Shown here: in pieces, positions 26,023 through 39,936 of the stretch | Position numbering within the stretch: position 1 is the first letter of the stretch | Layout of the letters: each line of letters starts with the position of its first letter | Source of the DNA: Chiloscyllium plagiosum | Taxonomy: Eukaryota | Direction of reading: 5' to 3' | DNA: 64,000 bases | Assembly: GCF_004010195.1 (NCBI RefSeq) | Contig: NC_057751.1 | Span: 1,742,494-1,806,493 of the forward strand | Position numbers and translations under genes: made by a program | Notes under the pieces: model-generated | Told to the model about the DNA's origin: nothing | The model's database searches: none | The model's input: only the letters and a program-made list of their open reading frames with translations

Positions 26023-27190
26023 TCCTAGGATTCTCTGGGAAGCAAGGGAGGAGATTGCAGAGCCATTGGCCTTGATTTTTATGTCCTTGTTGTCTACAGG
26101 AGTAGTGCCAGAAGACTGGAGGCTAGCAAATGTGGTTCCCTTGTTCAAGAAGGGGAGTAGGGATAACCCTAGTAACTATAGGCCGGTGAGTCTCACTTCT
26201 GTTGTGGGCAAAGTCTTAGAGAGAATAGTAAGGGATAGGATTTATGCACATCTAGATAGGAATAATGTGAACAAGGATAGTCAGCATGGTTTTGTAAAGG
26301 GCAGGTCGTGCCTCACAAACCTTAGTGAATTCTTTGAAAAGGTGACGAAGGAGGTTGAGGGGAAAGCGGTAGATGTGGTATATATGGATTTTAGTAAGGC
26401 GTTTGATAAGGTTCCCCATGGTAGGCTACTGCAGAAAATACGGAGATATGGCATTGAGGGTGAGTGGGAGGTCTGGATTAGGAATTGGCTGGATGGAAGA
26501 AGACAGAGGGTAGTAGTTGATGGCAAAGTTTCTTCATGGAGTGCCGTCACTAGCGGTGTTCCGCAAGGATCTGTTTTGGGACCATTGCTGTTTGTCATTT
26601 TTATAAATGACCTGGAAGAGGGGTTAGAAGATTGGGTGAGCAAGTTTGCGGATGATACGAAAGTCGGAGGAATTGTTGACAGTGAGGAAGGATGTGGCAG
26701 GTTACAGCAGGATATAGAAAAGCTGCAGAGCTGGGCAGAAAGGTGGCAAATGGAATACAATGTAGCTAAGTGTGAGGTGATTCACTTTGGGAAGAATAAC
26801 AAAAAGATGGGGTACTGGGCTAATGGCCGGATACTNNNNNNNNNNNNNNNNNNNNNNNNNNNNNNNNNNNNNNNNNNNNNNNNNNNNNNNNNNNNNNNNN
26901 NNNNNNNNNNAGTCATCTATTACAAGGGGGCATAGCTTTAAATTAAGGGGGGGGGGGTAGGTATAGGACAGATGTTAGGGGTAGGTTCTTTACTCAGCGT
27001 GTCGTGAGTTCATGGAATGCCCTGCCAGTAGCAGTGGTGGACTCTCCCTCATTATGGGCATTTAAGCGGTCATTGGATAGGCATATGGAGGATTGTGGGC
27101 TAGTGTAGGTTAGGTGGGCTTGGATCGGCGCAACATCGAGGGCCGAAGGGCCTGTACTGCGCTGTATTCTTCTATGTTCTATGTTCTATA
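26023..27190 (+). mobile_element. Young CR1-clade LINE (open RT ORF 26066-26835)
   Basis: RT motifs from NYRPVSLTS to KFADDTK; tail like 4678-5045. Confidence 0.95.
26836..26910. other. Assembly gap (75 N)
   Basis: Run of n. Confidence 1.
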
Positions 27191-27321
27191 TATTCCTAAT
27201 GAAGTGTTCATGCCTGAAACGTTGGCTCTCCTGCTCCTCGGATGCTGCCTGGCCTGCTGTGCTTTTCCAGCACCACACCTTTTGACACTGATCTCCAGCA
27301 TCTGCACTCCTCACTTTCTCC
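27191..27321 (+). mobile_element. PLE terminal fragment between two LINEs
   Basis: ctcctgctcctcggatgctgcctggcctgctgtgc...ccagcatctgca. Confidence 0.75.
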
Positions 27322-28340
27322 CTGTCTGGCAGATGGCAGACAGTGGGGATAAAAGGGTCTTTTTTAGGATGGCAGTCAGTGACAAGTCGTGTTCAGCAAG
27401 GCTCAATGTTGGGACCACAACTTGTCACTTTATACCTTAACAACTGAGATGAAGGAACTGAGGGCATTTTGGCTTGGTTTGCAGATAATACAAAGTTCGA
27501 CAGAGGGACATGTAGCATTGAGGAGGTGGGGAAGCTGCAGAAGGATTTGGACAGGTTAGGAGAGCGGGCAAACAAGTGGCAGATGGAGTACAGTGTGGGA
27601 AAGTGTGAGGTCATACACTTTGGTAAGAAGAATAGAAGCATGGATTATTTTCTAAATGGGGAGAAAATTCAGAAGTCTGAACTGCAAAGAGACTTGGGAG
27701 TTCTAGTCTAGGATTGTCTCAAGGGAAACTTGCAGGTTGAGTCAGTAGTTAGGAAGGCAAATGCAATGATGGCATTTATTTTGAGAGGACTTGAATATGA
27801 AATCAGGGATTACTTCTGACACTTTATAATGTTCTGGTCAGGCCACATTTGGAATATTGTGCGCAGTTTTGGGCCCCAAATATCAGGAAGGATGGACTGG
27901 CACTGGACCGTGTTCAGAGGAGGTTCACGAGAATGGTCCCAGAAATGAAAAGCTTAACATATGAGGTACGTTTGAGGACTCTGGGTCAATACTCGGACAG
28001 AGTATTGGACAGAGTAGATGTTGGGAAGATGTTTTAATTGATAGGAGAGACAAGGGCCCAAGAGTATAGGGAAGAGCTTTCAGAATGGAAATAAGGAGAA
28101 ACTTCTTCAGCCAGAGAGTGGTGAATCTATGGAATTCACTGCGACAGAAGGCTGTGGGGACCAGGTCACTGAGTATATTTAAGATGGAGATAGATAGGTT
28201 CTTGAGTACCAAGGGGATCAAGGTTTACAGAGAGAAAGTGGGAGAGTGGTGTTTAGCAACTTATCAGCCATGATTGAATGATGGAGCAGTCTCAATGGGT
28301 TGAATGGCCTCATTTCTGCTCCTATGTCTTATGGTCTTAA
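27322..28340 (+). mobile_element. CR1-clade LINE 3' part
   Basis: FADNTK, WQMEYSVGKC, EYCAQFWAP, NFFSQRVVNLWN. Confidence 0.92.
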
Positions 28341-29660
28341 CACTTCTTCTTCCTGTTAAATGATATGTAGTTTTTCATTTTACATTGAAAAAAATTATAC
28401 TTATACATGCCCAGCAAAAGGGACATACAGGAAAGCCAAGTGTTGCAGAAATCTGAAATAGAGAAGAGAATGTGGTAAAGCTCAACAAGTCTGGCAGCAT
28501 GTGTGGAGACTGAGTTTGAATTAATGTTTCAGGTCCACAATCTGTATGAATTCTGACAAATGGTCACTGACCAGACAGATGTCTGACTCTCTCTGCCACT
28601 GGACTTGCTGAGAATCTCCAAGACTAATCACTTCTACTGGGGCAAAAAGAAATCCTCTGGATGGTTTTCCAAAAAGCTTTTGAGTCATGGTTAACTTACG
28701 ACATTGGTCAGCATGGACAAACTGGACCGAAGGGTCTATTCTGAGCTGGACATCTTGGTAAGTCTATGACTCCATGACTCCTTTGTTCAAAGAAGAACAA
28801 TACCGGCTTGTCCAACCGAACCTCATGGTGAAAATCCCCAAATATCTGCACCCATTCTGTTAAATCTCTGATGGACCCTCACCTTACTATATGATATGTG
28901 GTCATAAAAAGAAATCCCTTCAGAAGCTGGGAATTCTGAGGTGAATAACTCCCCAATGCCTGTCTGTCATCTGTTGAGATATTTACCCCAATGAGTGCAG
29001 TTGCAACAACACTCAAGAAGCTGGACACCATCTAGGACAAAGCAGCCCCCACTTGATTGGCACCACATCCACAAACATCCACTCCCTCTAGTAGCAGTAG
29101 CAGCAGTGTGTACCATCTACAAGATGCACTATTGAACTTCACCCCAGCTCCTTAGCACTTTGAAAACCCATACCACTATTACTTTGCCTTTGCCTCAGTG
29201 TTGCTAGGTCAAAATCCTGGAATTCCCTCCCTCACAGCATGGTGGGTGGTCCTCCACCAAATTGACTGCAATAGTTCAAGAAGATGACTCCTTATACCCT
29301 GCCCCAGGGAAATTTAAGATGAACATCACATGCTGACCTTCCAAGAAACACTCATATTCATGAAAGAACAAAAAAAAACTCTCATTAGATTTTACAGACT
29401 GCCTTTGATGTCAGTTCCCTGGTCTAATTTTCCTTGCAAACTCTTTTCACTTGGGATTATTCCTTTCTGCACATTGCTATGCACACATAACAGTCTTGAA
29501 GTATTGATTGTGTAGTGCTTTGGGATGTTCTACAAACACCAGCTCCATTTTTCTCTCCACCTCTGTTGTACCCAACCTTTGACTTGTTATTTTAATTGCT
29601 TCTTCACGTTGCCGTCACAGTTTCTCTAACCCAATTGTCTTGCTTTTTTTCAATACATAC

Positions 29661-29807
29661 CGATTGAGAAGAGTTCAGAAGATACTGGGGACTTCAGACC
29701 ATCTCAACAAACGTCAGACACAATTTTCCATTGGATGGAGGATATCACATAATTTCGGATTGCCCTCAGATGCTCATTCCGGGCACAACCTAATTCCTGT
29801 GGAACTT
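29661..29807 (-). pseudogene. Exon K (147 nt, phase 1-1; 1 TGA): VPQELGCARNEHLRAIRNYVISSIQWKIVSDVC*DGLKSPVSSELFSI
   Basis: Acceptor gatgtctcag|AAG, donor TCG|GTATGT; all three frames contain a stop. Confidence 0.6.
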
Positions 29808-29879
29808 CTGAGACATCCCATCACGGTACAGTGTGGCACTAACTCCTGCAGGATTCCACTCTGCTGCTGCATCAATCAT

Positions 29880-30198
29880 CTGGGCAGCACGGTGGCTCAG
29901 TGGTTAGCACTGCTGCCTCACAGCACTAGGGTCCCAGGTTCAATTCCAGCCTCGGGAAACTGTCTGTGTGGAGTTTGCACATTCTCCCCGTGTCTGAATG
30001 GGTTTCCTCTGGGTGCTCCAGTTTCCTCCAACAGTCCAAAGATGTGAGGGGTAGGCGAAATGGCCATGCTAAATTGCCCATAGTGTTAGGTGCAATGTTA
30101 GAGGGAAATGCGTCTGGGTGAATTACTCTTTGGAGGGTCAGTGTGGACTTGTTGGGCCAAAGGGCCTGTTTCCACACTGTAGGGAATCTAATCTAATC
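29880..30198 (+). mobile_element. HE1-type SINE
   Basis: A/B boxes, conserved body, (AATCT)n tail. Confidence 0.92.
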
Positions 30199-30329
30199 AC
30201 CCAGCCATGCACTTTCATTTCATACTTCCAGGGTTCTACCTGAAAACCATATGTCTTTCCTGTTCCATTTTCCCACCCCTGTAGTAGGTGTGAACCCCTG
30301 GTAACATGAGAGGTCCAAGGTGCCAATGT

Positions 30330-32135
30330 GAGAGGTAATACAGAGGGGGAATGTGGAGAGTCTGTGTGGGTCGAGTTGAGGACTGCAAAGGAAAGAATAT
30401 CATGACGGAAGTTGGGTACAGGCTTCCTAGTAATAGTCAGGATGTGGGGAAGAAAATGAATCAGGAGATAGAAAAGGTACACAAGAAAGCCATTATTATA
30501 ATAATCATGGGGGTCTTCAATATGTAGGTGGACTGGGAAAATCTGATTGGTTGCAAATCTCAACAAAAGGAATTCCTGGAATGACTAGAATTTTATTTTG
30601 GAGTAGCTTGTGGTACAGTGCACTATGGAAAAGGCAATTCCATATTTGGTGATGTGTAATGAGGCAGACTTGATTCGGGAACTGAAGGTGGAGGAACCTC
30701 TAGGGAGCAGTGACGATAATACATGACAGAATTCGTCCTGCAGTTTGAGAGGGAGAAGGTGGAATCAGATGGAACGGTATTACAATCACGTGAAGGTAAC
30801 GACAAAGACATGAGGGAGGAGCTGGCCACAGTTGATTGGAAGGGGAGACCAGGAGGGAAGGTGATAGTGCAGCAATGGCACGAGTTTTTCGGGATACTTT
30901 GGGAGGCACAGCAGAAATTCATCCCAAGGAAGAAATGAGATATTAGGGAGGATGAGGCAACTGTGGCTGAAAAGGGAAGTCAGGAGCAGGATAAAAAGTA
31001 AAGGAAAAGCATACAATGTGGAGAAGATTAATGAGAAGCCAGAGGATTGGGAACTCTTTAAAAACCAGCACAGGCTAACTAAAAAAAGCAATAAGGGGGG
31101 AGAAGATGAAACATGACACTAAGCCAGTTAGAAATATAAAAGACGACTGCAAGAGTTTTTGTTAGATGTCTAAAGGTAAGGGAGAGCCAAGAGTTGATTT
31201 TGGACCACTGGAAATGAGGTTGGAGAAGTAGCAATGGGGAACAAAGAAATGGCAGAGGAACTGAATAGGTACTTTACATCAGTTTTCACAGTGGAAGACA
31301 CCAGCAGCCAAAACTTCATTAGAGGTGACCAAGAAGGAGAAGGTACTGGACAACAGATAATGTCACACCCCTGTTTAAGTAGGAAAGGAGGCAGAATACA
31401 GAGAGGTGCTGGCCGGTTAGCCTGACCTTGTTCATTGGAGTTTGTTATGAAGGATGAAATTGCAGAGTACTTCAAAGTGCATGGTAAAATAGGACACAGC
31501 TTCATCAAGGGGAGGTCAATGCCTGACAAATCTGTTCAAATTTTTTGAGGAGTGAATGAGCAAGTTACACAATGGAAGGCCAGTCGACATGATCAATTCA
31601 GATTCCAGAAGGCCTTTTATAAGGTGTCACAGATACTGGCATAGAGAGAGGATTGGCTGACTGGCAGAAGGCAGAGAGTGGGATATGGCGGCCTTTTTTC
31701 AGGATGGCAGCTGTGATGTTGAGACCACAACTATTCACATTATTCATTAATGATCTGAACAAAGGAACTCAGGACATTGTTGCTAAGTTTGCAGATGGTG
31801 GTTGGACAGATAGTGTTCAGGAGGTGGAGAGGCTACTGAAGGACTTGGACAGGCTAGGAGAGTGGGCAAAGAAGTAGAAGATGGAATACAATGTGGGAAA
31901 GTGCGTGGTTATGCACTTTGGTCAGAAGAACAGAGGCATAGACTAATTTCTAAATAAGGAAAGGCTTCAGAAATCTGAAGCACAAAGCAACTTGGGAATC
32001 CTAGTTCAGAATTCTGTTGAGGTTAACATGCAGGTTCAGCTGGTGGTGAGGAAGACAACGTGTATGATTGAATGGCAGAGTATCTCAATGGGGTGAATGG
32101 CCTTATTCTGCTCCTGGACCTTATGGCCTTATGAT
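30330..32135 (+). mobile_element. Decayed, internally deleted CR1 LINE
   Basis: MGNKEMAEELNRYF, LFINDL...KFAD fragments. Confidence 0.88.
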
Positions 32136-32482
32136 TGAATGTTGACAGACTTGCATTTCTAAAGTTCCATTCATGCCCTCACGAAGTTTCAATTCAGTAA
32201 TTCGTCAACTTGAGTCGCTGCTGCAATCCAGGAAACATTGCAGCAGATTTATGCACAGCATGATCACAAACACAGTGAACAAATAAACTTTAGAGATACT
32301 GCTTGAAAATATTTATTGGCTTGAATGCCTCTTCAAGAGGTTTGTAATGTTTCATACTGGCAGGAGGGCTCAAAATAAATAGTTTATCCAAAAGATGTCT
32401 CAACCTTCGAGGAGCATCCTACCCTATCCCTATAACCCTGCATTTCCCATGGACAATCCACCCTAGCCTGCATATCATCTGG

Positions 32483-33001
32483 GAAGGGAGCACCTCTGGG
32501 CCACCCGGACGAACCAACCCAACCAACCTGTGGCACAGCATTTCAACTCCCCCTCCCACTCCACCGAGGATATGCAGGTCATTGGACTCATCCACCGCCA
32601 AACCACAACAACCCGACGGTCGGAGGAGGAGCGTCTTATCTTCCGACTGGGAACCCTCCAACCGCAGGGGATGAACTTGGACTTCACCAGTTTCTTCATC
32701 CCCCCTCCCCCCACCTTGTCTCAGCCGGATCCTTCCAGCCCGGCACCGCCTTCCTGACCTGCAGTCTTCTTCTTGACCTCTCCGCCTCCACCCTACTCCG
32801 ACCTATCACCCTCACCTTGACCTCTTTCCACCTATCACATTTCCAACTCCCCTCCTCCAAGTCCCTCCTCCCTACCTTTTATCTTCTCCTGCTGAACACT
32901 CTCTGCTCATTCCTGAAGAAGGGCCTGTGCCCGAAACGTCGAATCTCCTGTTCCCTGGATGCTGCCTGACCTGCTGTGCTGTTCCAGCAATAAAGTTTCA
33001 A
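32483..33001 (+). mobile_element. Penelope-like 3' fragment with 15-bp TSD, inserted in an HE1 SINE
   Basis: AQHFNSPSHS...EEERLIFRLGTLQPQGMN; CTGCATATCATCTGG at 32468-32482 and 33002-33016. Confidence 0.9.
32909..32944 (+). ncRNA. Minimal type-I hammerhead ribozyme motif in the PLE terminus
   Basis: ATTC-CTGAAGA-A-GGGC(CTGT)GCCC-GAAA-CGTC-GAAT: stem I ATTC/GAAT, stem II, core, GUC site. Confidence 0.75.
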
Positions 33002-34429
33002 CTGCATATCATCTGGATACGGTGGGTAATTCAATATGGCCAATCCAACTGGGCACAGTTGAAACTTGTGTATTCACCATGGGGATCCAATGGTCATTGA
33101 TTAGGAAAACTTCAAACTTAATACAAACAATATTGATCAGAGCATTTGCTTACTCAGAGCTGCAGTTATACTTTAAACTGAGAAAGTGATCAGTGTTCCC
33201 ACTTTTCTCACCAGATTCCTAAACAGTCCTGTCAGGTCTAAATTAGTAATGTGTGCCTTCCAGAGGCTGTTGGGTTGGAGAAATGGGCTGCTGGTCTGAG
33301 TAACTGGAACAGAAGGATGAGAATTGTAAACTAGCCCTCCTGCCTGGACCACAAGCTGAAATCAGTGAGTAGGCATTGGGGGGACGGGTAAACAAAACTT
33401 GGTGCAAGTTAGATCACAGGTAGCAGAATTTGGGACAATTTCAAATTTTTGTTTGTTGATAATTACTTTGCTATATTATCTCCAAGAGAAGATCTGAAAA
33501 TGAATCCTGAGGATTATATGTTGTCTCTGTTCCCTGTGCCCAATGCCAGTGAATTTGACTGGAGAGTACAATGGACATGCTGAACAGGAAGAACAAACTG
33601 TTTTTTTAATTTCACACGAGTTCATGGCAGCCTCACAAACAAACAAAATGACAGCCTGTCTGTGCTGTTTGTGAGCGACACAATGGATATTGAGACCAAT
33701 TCTGAGGTGCAACTTTTTAATCACGTTTCACTGCTAATCCAGCACAAAATGAATGACCATTCCAAAATAAAATGACATTTACAGATGTGGGAATAATTAG
33801 GCGGGTAATTGGCAAGCCTTTATTCTACACTGGCAGTAAATCTTTAATTCTGCCATAGATTAATTACCAATGGTCAATCATAAATATCGCCAATTATACA
33901 TCCAACAGCTCAAACTGTTTGCAGACCAGCTTTCAGCGAGGTGCGACCTGAACAGCAGTTTTCTTTGGTTAATGTTTCATTTAAATTGTGCAAGACTGTA
34001 CTTTGGTAAAGGGGGAATGCATTACATTTAAACTGGAATTTAATCCAGGCAAAGTCGATCAATGCTGACAACTGCTTTCATAAGAGACTTCAATTGGATT
34101 ATGAAATGCTCTCATTCCATTTATTGCAAAAGAATCTGGCTTCAAGAAAGATGATACATAATAATAGTTTGAAAGCCTTTGTCTGTACATACATGAGAAC
34201 GTTTGAAAGTGTGTATGTGAAAATCTATGCATGTGGATAGGATTGATGGTTTCAGAGGATTGGTGGGAGGGAATTAGAATCAAAGAATGAGAGAGTATGA
34301 GGACAGAATTACCCCTTTTCAGCACATCACTTTGTGCTATCTTTTTGGAAGAGCTTTCCACATAATGCCTGTTCCTTTCCCTGCATACTCTCGGATCCAC
34401 AGCCATGTAAATTTTTCTTTTCAACTATT

Positions 34430-34722
34430 TCATAGAATCCCTACAGTGTGGAATCAGGCTATCCAGCCCATCGAGTCTACACCAACCCTCAGAGAAACGT
34501 CCTGTTCTATTCCGATAACCCTGCATTTCCCACGGCCAATCCACCTTAGCCTACACATCCCTGGACACTACGGGTAATTCAGTTTGGCCAATCCACCCGA
34601 GCCTGCACACATTTGGACTGTGGGAGGAAACCCACACTGACAGTCGCCCGAGGTTGGAATCATACCTGAGTCCCTGGCACTGTGAGGCAGCAGTGTTAAT
34701 CACTGAGCCACCGTGATGCCCA
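34430..34722 (-). mobile_element. HE1-type SINE (internal deletion)
   Basis: Similarity to the other copies. Confidence 0.88.
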
Positions 34723-36079
34723 GTTCCCTTTTGAAAGTTATTCTTCAATGTGCTTTCACCATCCTTTTAGGTACTGATCACAACTCAATATATAAAATGA
34801 TCACTGTCTCCCCTCTGATTCTTCTGTTTTAAGTTAAATCTGTGTCACCTGGTTAATAACTTACCTGGCAATATAAATAGTTTCTGCTAAACCACCCAAC
34901 CAAAGCTCTTTGTGAAATCATTGCTCAATCTTCACAGTTTTTAAGGAAGCCAACCCAGGTTTCTCCAATCTCCGCACATAACTGAAAACCCCTTTCCCTG
35001 TTGTTTTGTGAGCATGTCAGCTCCTTGCACCGTATGGGCTGTACCTCATTATGGAAGATGGAGCCACCATCTTCTTAAGGTTCAGAAACTCCAAGGTCTG
35101 CTTGGTCAGTGTGGGAGAGCTAACCCACTGACATACGGAAACACATTTGGCACGGTGAACTTGCTCTGCTAATCATCATGATCATGTAAATAAGTAAATA
35201 AATAAATACTTCCTTTAGTTTATTGCATGTCAGAAACTAGTTCCAAGTCACATGAGGTGTTGTTTCACAGCCTTTCAGGATGACCAGACGTTAGATCTCA
35301 CTCCTCCGAGATGCCATTCTGTTCTGACAATCAGTCCGTATGATATTGTGGGTGATAATTATGTCACGTCTCAGTATTAACCCGTTCAGATCCATCTCCA
35401 AAAAGGAAAGGGAAAATCACCATGTTCCAACTGCACCACCAGGCTGCTCTTTCATGACAGAGATGATTGGTGTGGTTTAACCTGAGGGTCACCACGCCTT
35501 AGGCAAGGGGACAGGTTGAGAAGTCAATAACTCGACTCTTCTTACTCATCTTGATGCCTCATGCATATGCATGTGGAACATTTCAAAGTGATTGTCGTTC
35601 GGATAGCCTATTAGTGCAGTTAAAGCATAACTCTGACAGACCTGGGATACACTTTAGACACGTACAGGAGGTGGGACAGAAAGGTCTGCTTCCAGAGTTG
35701 GAAGGCTGAGCTATGAAGAAATACAGGAAAAAGTCAGATTCTTTTAAATCTGGAAAGAAAATTGCTGAGGGGTGACCTGAGATAAAAATGAGATATTTAG
35801 ATATCAGTGGCAGCAAGGGATAGCACTTGGAAATAACACAAAGTTCAATCATCAGCCATCATCTCGAATGGCTCACTCTGCTGCTGTTTTTCCAACAGAA
35901 AGGAATGAGAAAGGTAAAGTTGGGAGAGCATCTTCACTTAAATTACAAGGTTCGTGCAAGATTACTTGTGTTCAAAGCAGTGAAAGGAAAATGTTAAACT
36001 GATTCCAGGAAATTCTACAAACAGATGACCATTTGCATTGGCACAGAGGGTACATTTTGGATTGTCCGATTCCTCATTA

Positions 36080-36320
36080 GCTTTAAATAGAGGGGTGATA
36101 GATATAGGACAGATGCCAGAAGTAGGTTCTTCACTCAGAGAGTAGTAGGGACATGGAAAGCACTCCCTGCAACAGTAGTAGACCTGTCAACTTAAAGGGC
36201 ATTTAAATGGTCATTGGATAAGCACAAGGATGAAAATGGAATAGTGTAGGTGAGATGGGCTTTAGATTGGTTTCACAGGTTGGTGCAACATTGAGGGCTG
36301 AAGTGTAATGTTCTATATTC
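36080..36320 (+). mobile_element. CR1 LINE 3' end
   Basis: Similar to 26930-27190. Confidence 0.8.
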
Positions 36321-36719
36321 CAGAGGATGATCAATATATGGATAGGAATCCCAGAATTGGGAGAATGAACCCTGAACACATGACCAATTGCATTGGCATG
36401 GTGAGTTCAGCTTGGATGGTCCAATTCCTCTTACTCATTTGCTGGCATTATGAAATCAAGAATATGTGCATGGTTTCTGTCCACCAGTCAATTTGTAACT
36501 GATAATATTCCTGTTCAGAGTCTTGTGACATTTTATCCTGTTAAAAAGGGACATATAAAGGCAAGTTGCTGTTGAGTAGGTTTTATCAGGATAGTTGAGT
36601 TTGGAATGAAAAATCAGTCACTGTTGACTTTTCCAAATTGACTCGATCTCACATGAAGAGCTTTACTTTCCTCCAAAATCTGTGATTCCCAGGAAAGGCA
36701 TGATGAAACCTCTTGTTAC

Positions 36720-36839
36720 CCATTGTATCCTCATCTTTGATGGACAAGTTGTTGAAGTTTTTGTTGCTGCTGCTTGTAGCTCTGAGGGTGGAATTGCCAC
36801 TTCCAAAGCTGATGGCTGTGGATGGAATTTTTCTAGACC
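36720..36839 (-). pseudogene. Exon J candidate (120 nt, phase 1-1, open): SRKIPSTAISFGSGNSTLRATSSSNKNFNNLSIKDEDTM
   Basis: Weak acceptor cattgttaag|GG, donor TGG|GTAACA; symmetric phase. Confidence 0.35.
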
Positions 36840-38037
36840 CTTAACAATGTGTGCAATGGTGAGTTAGTTATGAAAATATGGTCAGAATAAAACATTAGAT
36901 CCTCGTTCTTGAGAAGAAAGGTCATATTTTAAGTGTAAGGTTTCAATGGCAAAGTGAGAATTTTGTTAGTAAGTATTGTGGGGCCTTTTCCCATTATCAT
37001 TTTGACCAAACTTCATCTCATTTATACAAAGGTTGCTGTTTTCCGAGGCAATGCAGAGAAACTAGATAGCCCCAATTCCCAACATGAAGGTCTGAGCAAG
37101 TGACTGAAACTCTGTGGAGACCTCTCCATGAATTGACCTTGGACAGTATCATCCAATATTACATGACAATCTGCTCCCAGTGCCCACAGAGATTAGCAGT
37201 GGACATGCACCAACCTCACCACATCATGATGGCACATCTCAGATTTCATATGGAAGCTCACCACTTCATCGCTGTCCTTGGAAGCTAACTGACACCTTTC
37301 AATGACAATGCCACTGCCAGGTCACTTTGTGCAGTGGCACAGAAGGAACAGAGTGTATCTCAGGGTTCTGAGCTTATGTCCTCAGTGCTCACTTATTTTG
37401 CCCAAATTTGGAAGCTCCCAGCATCTCTGCCTTGCCTTACCTTGCCAAGGCATTTTGCGCATTGGCATCTTATCCTGAACTTTTCTTTATTCACTTGTAG
37501 GATGTGGGTATTGCTGGCTGGTCAGCATTTTCTGCCCACCCTTTGTTGCCCTCGAGAAGATGGTGCTGAGCTGCCTTATTGAACCACAGAAGTGCAAATG
37601 CAATAGGTAGATCCACTGTGTCATTTCAGAGGAAATGCCAGGATTTGACCCAGGGACACTGAAAGAATGTGACATATTTCCAAGTCAGGATTGGAGAGGA
37701 ACGTGAAGGTCATGGCATTCCCATGTACCTGCTGTCCTTGTCCTTCTAGATTGAAATGATTGCGAGTTTGGAAGATGCTATCTAAGGAGGCTTGGTGAAT
37801 TTCTACAGTGCATTTTATTGTTAGTACACACTGCTGTAACTGACTGTCAATGACAGAGTAAGTGAATATTTGTGGATGTGGTCAAAACAGGCTGTTTTGT
37901 CCTGGATGGTGTCAAACATCTTCAGTGTTGTTGGAGCTGCACCCATCCAGACAAGTGAGACAATTTCCATTACAGTCCTGATTTGGGTCTTTTAGATGGT
38001 GGACAGGGTTTGGGGAGTGAAGGGGTGAATTACGAGA

Positions 38038-39043
38038 GTTACAACATGGGATAAACCCTCCTGCTTAACTTAAAGCAGCAACACAGGAAAGCTTTATCCT
38101 GTGCAGTAATCTGTGAAAATTCAAGAGGCCAAGAAGTATTTCAAGTAAAAATTAACAACTTTACTTCTGGAAGTATAACAGAGACTAGCTAACTAACAAT
38201 TATTTACAACTCCTTCCTCGAACCCATCTTTTACTATCCCCTTCAAAAACACTAGTCTGATAAAAGCCCCCAGTCAAAATTTACCAAAAATTCACGTTTT
38301 CAAAACCAGCCAGCTGTCGAACTTTCTATTCGGATCTTCCTGTGCCTTTTTTTGTCTTCTTGGGGACCATGGGGTTGGGGGAGTCCAGAACTAGAGGGCA
38401 TAGGTTTAGGGTGAGAGGGGAAAGATATAAAAGAGACCTATGGGGCAACCTTTTCACGCAGAGGTTCGTACGTGTATGGAATGAGCTGCCAGAGGAAGTG
38501 GTGGAGGCTAGTACAATGATAACATTTAAAAGGCATTTGGATGGGAATATGAATAGGAAGGGTTAGAGGATTATGGGCCGGGTGCTGGCAGGTGGGACTA
38601 TATTTGGGATATCTAGTCGGCATGAATGAATTGGACTGAAGAGTCTGTTCCCATGCTGTACATCTCTATGACTCTATGTTTCACAGGTCACAGATCAATA
38701 AAGGTACCTTGAAGAGAGCTATTCTCTGGGCAGTCTGCAGATGTCGTTGGTTTGGCGGTTCTCTCTCAACTGTTCAGTTTTCCCCGGTCTTACACCCCCA
38801 AAATATCAGATAATGTCATTGGCTTTGAAGATTGTCAATATACTAAGTTCAAACTTGATTGGGTATAATTTAACCTGATTTGGTCTAATTTGAATCTGTT
38901 TTGTCATTTCCAGGCAACCAGCTAATCTAGCTTTTGACCAAATTTCACATTGTTACCTTATTGAGAACACTTGGTGCTATGTCAGGTAGTTCTGTAAGCT
39001 TCTAACTATCTTCAAGTTACAGTGCACCCACATCTTCATAACA
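38038..39043 (-). mobile_element. Probable solo LTR containing a nested CR1 3' end (38368-38678, +)
   Basis: GTTAC...ATAACA ends; nested piece reads TRGHRFRVRG...WNELPEE. Confidence 0.5.
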
Positions 39044-39936
39044 CTCGCATTTGTAGCCTCTAACCTGTTCTTGCCTTGCCTTTAAGTACACACGGGCAAT
39101 TTGTCAACTTTACTAGTTGTGGGCATTGAAGGGGGCAGACATGTCACTGGACTGCACTATGCTGTGGCAAAACATGACTTGCACCATGTACCAGCAGCTG
39201 ATTCAGGAAATGCACTTCATGTGCTTCCACTAAACGGCAACGACTCAAAGTGTGTAGGGAGCACTCCATATTCAAGTCAAGTATGAATGTTTTCAGTCAA
39301 TGGGCACCATCAGCAGCTTTCTTCCTGCACTACTCCGTATTTTCCGTCAGACTGTGGACACCATGGATGAGTCTGACGTGATCTGCTGCCGTGGTCTCCA
39401 CTGCTGGTCCTGACGAAAGAAGGTGGACTTCCTCTCTACCCCCTGCCCACCGAGCAGATCCCTGGCAGCATAGCAGTGTGCCAACATGCCTCTCTTTGCC
39501 ATCTTTGGGGCAATTCTTCACTCACTGCAACTGGAGAAAGCCCTTCTTGGATTGCAGCAACTGATCTGACATTCAGTTGGATTATAAATACATCTCAGGT
39601 GAAATCCAGGTGTTGGCAGACACTTCCACTGCTGGTGAGCGTGAGAGCAGTGTTGTGAGGTTTTGGCTCAACAGTTAATGAGATGAGCAGTGTAAAATGA
39701 TATGAGAACACCTGCTGGAGCTCACAGGAAGAATCCCCTCACAAAATTCCCTGAAAATGATAGTTGCCAAATTTTGGGAACATCCAGACCAGTATTTTAA
39801 AATCCCATTCCAAGCCAATTTCTTGTTTCTGAGAGATCTTCAAAAAAAACCCCAAAACATCACAGCCTCGCACGTTGATTCATAGTCTCAACCCCAGTAT
39901 CTCCATCTGACGGACTGCATTGACTTTCTCACTGAC

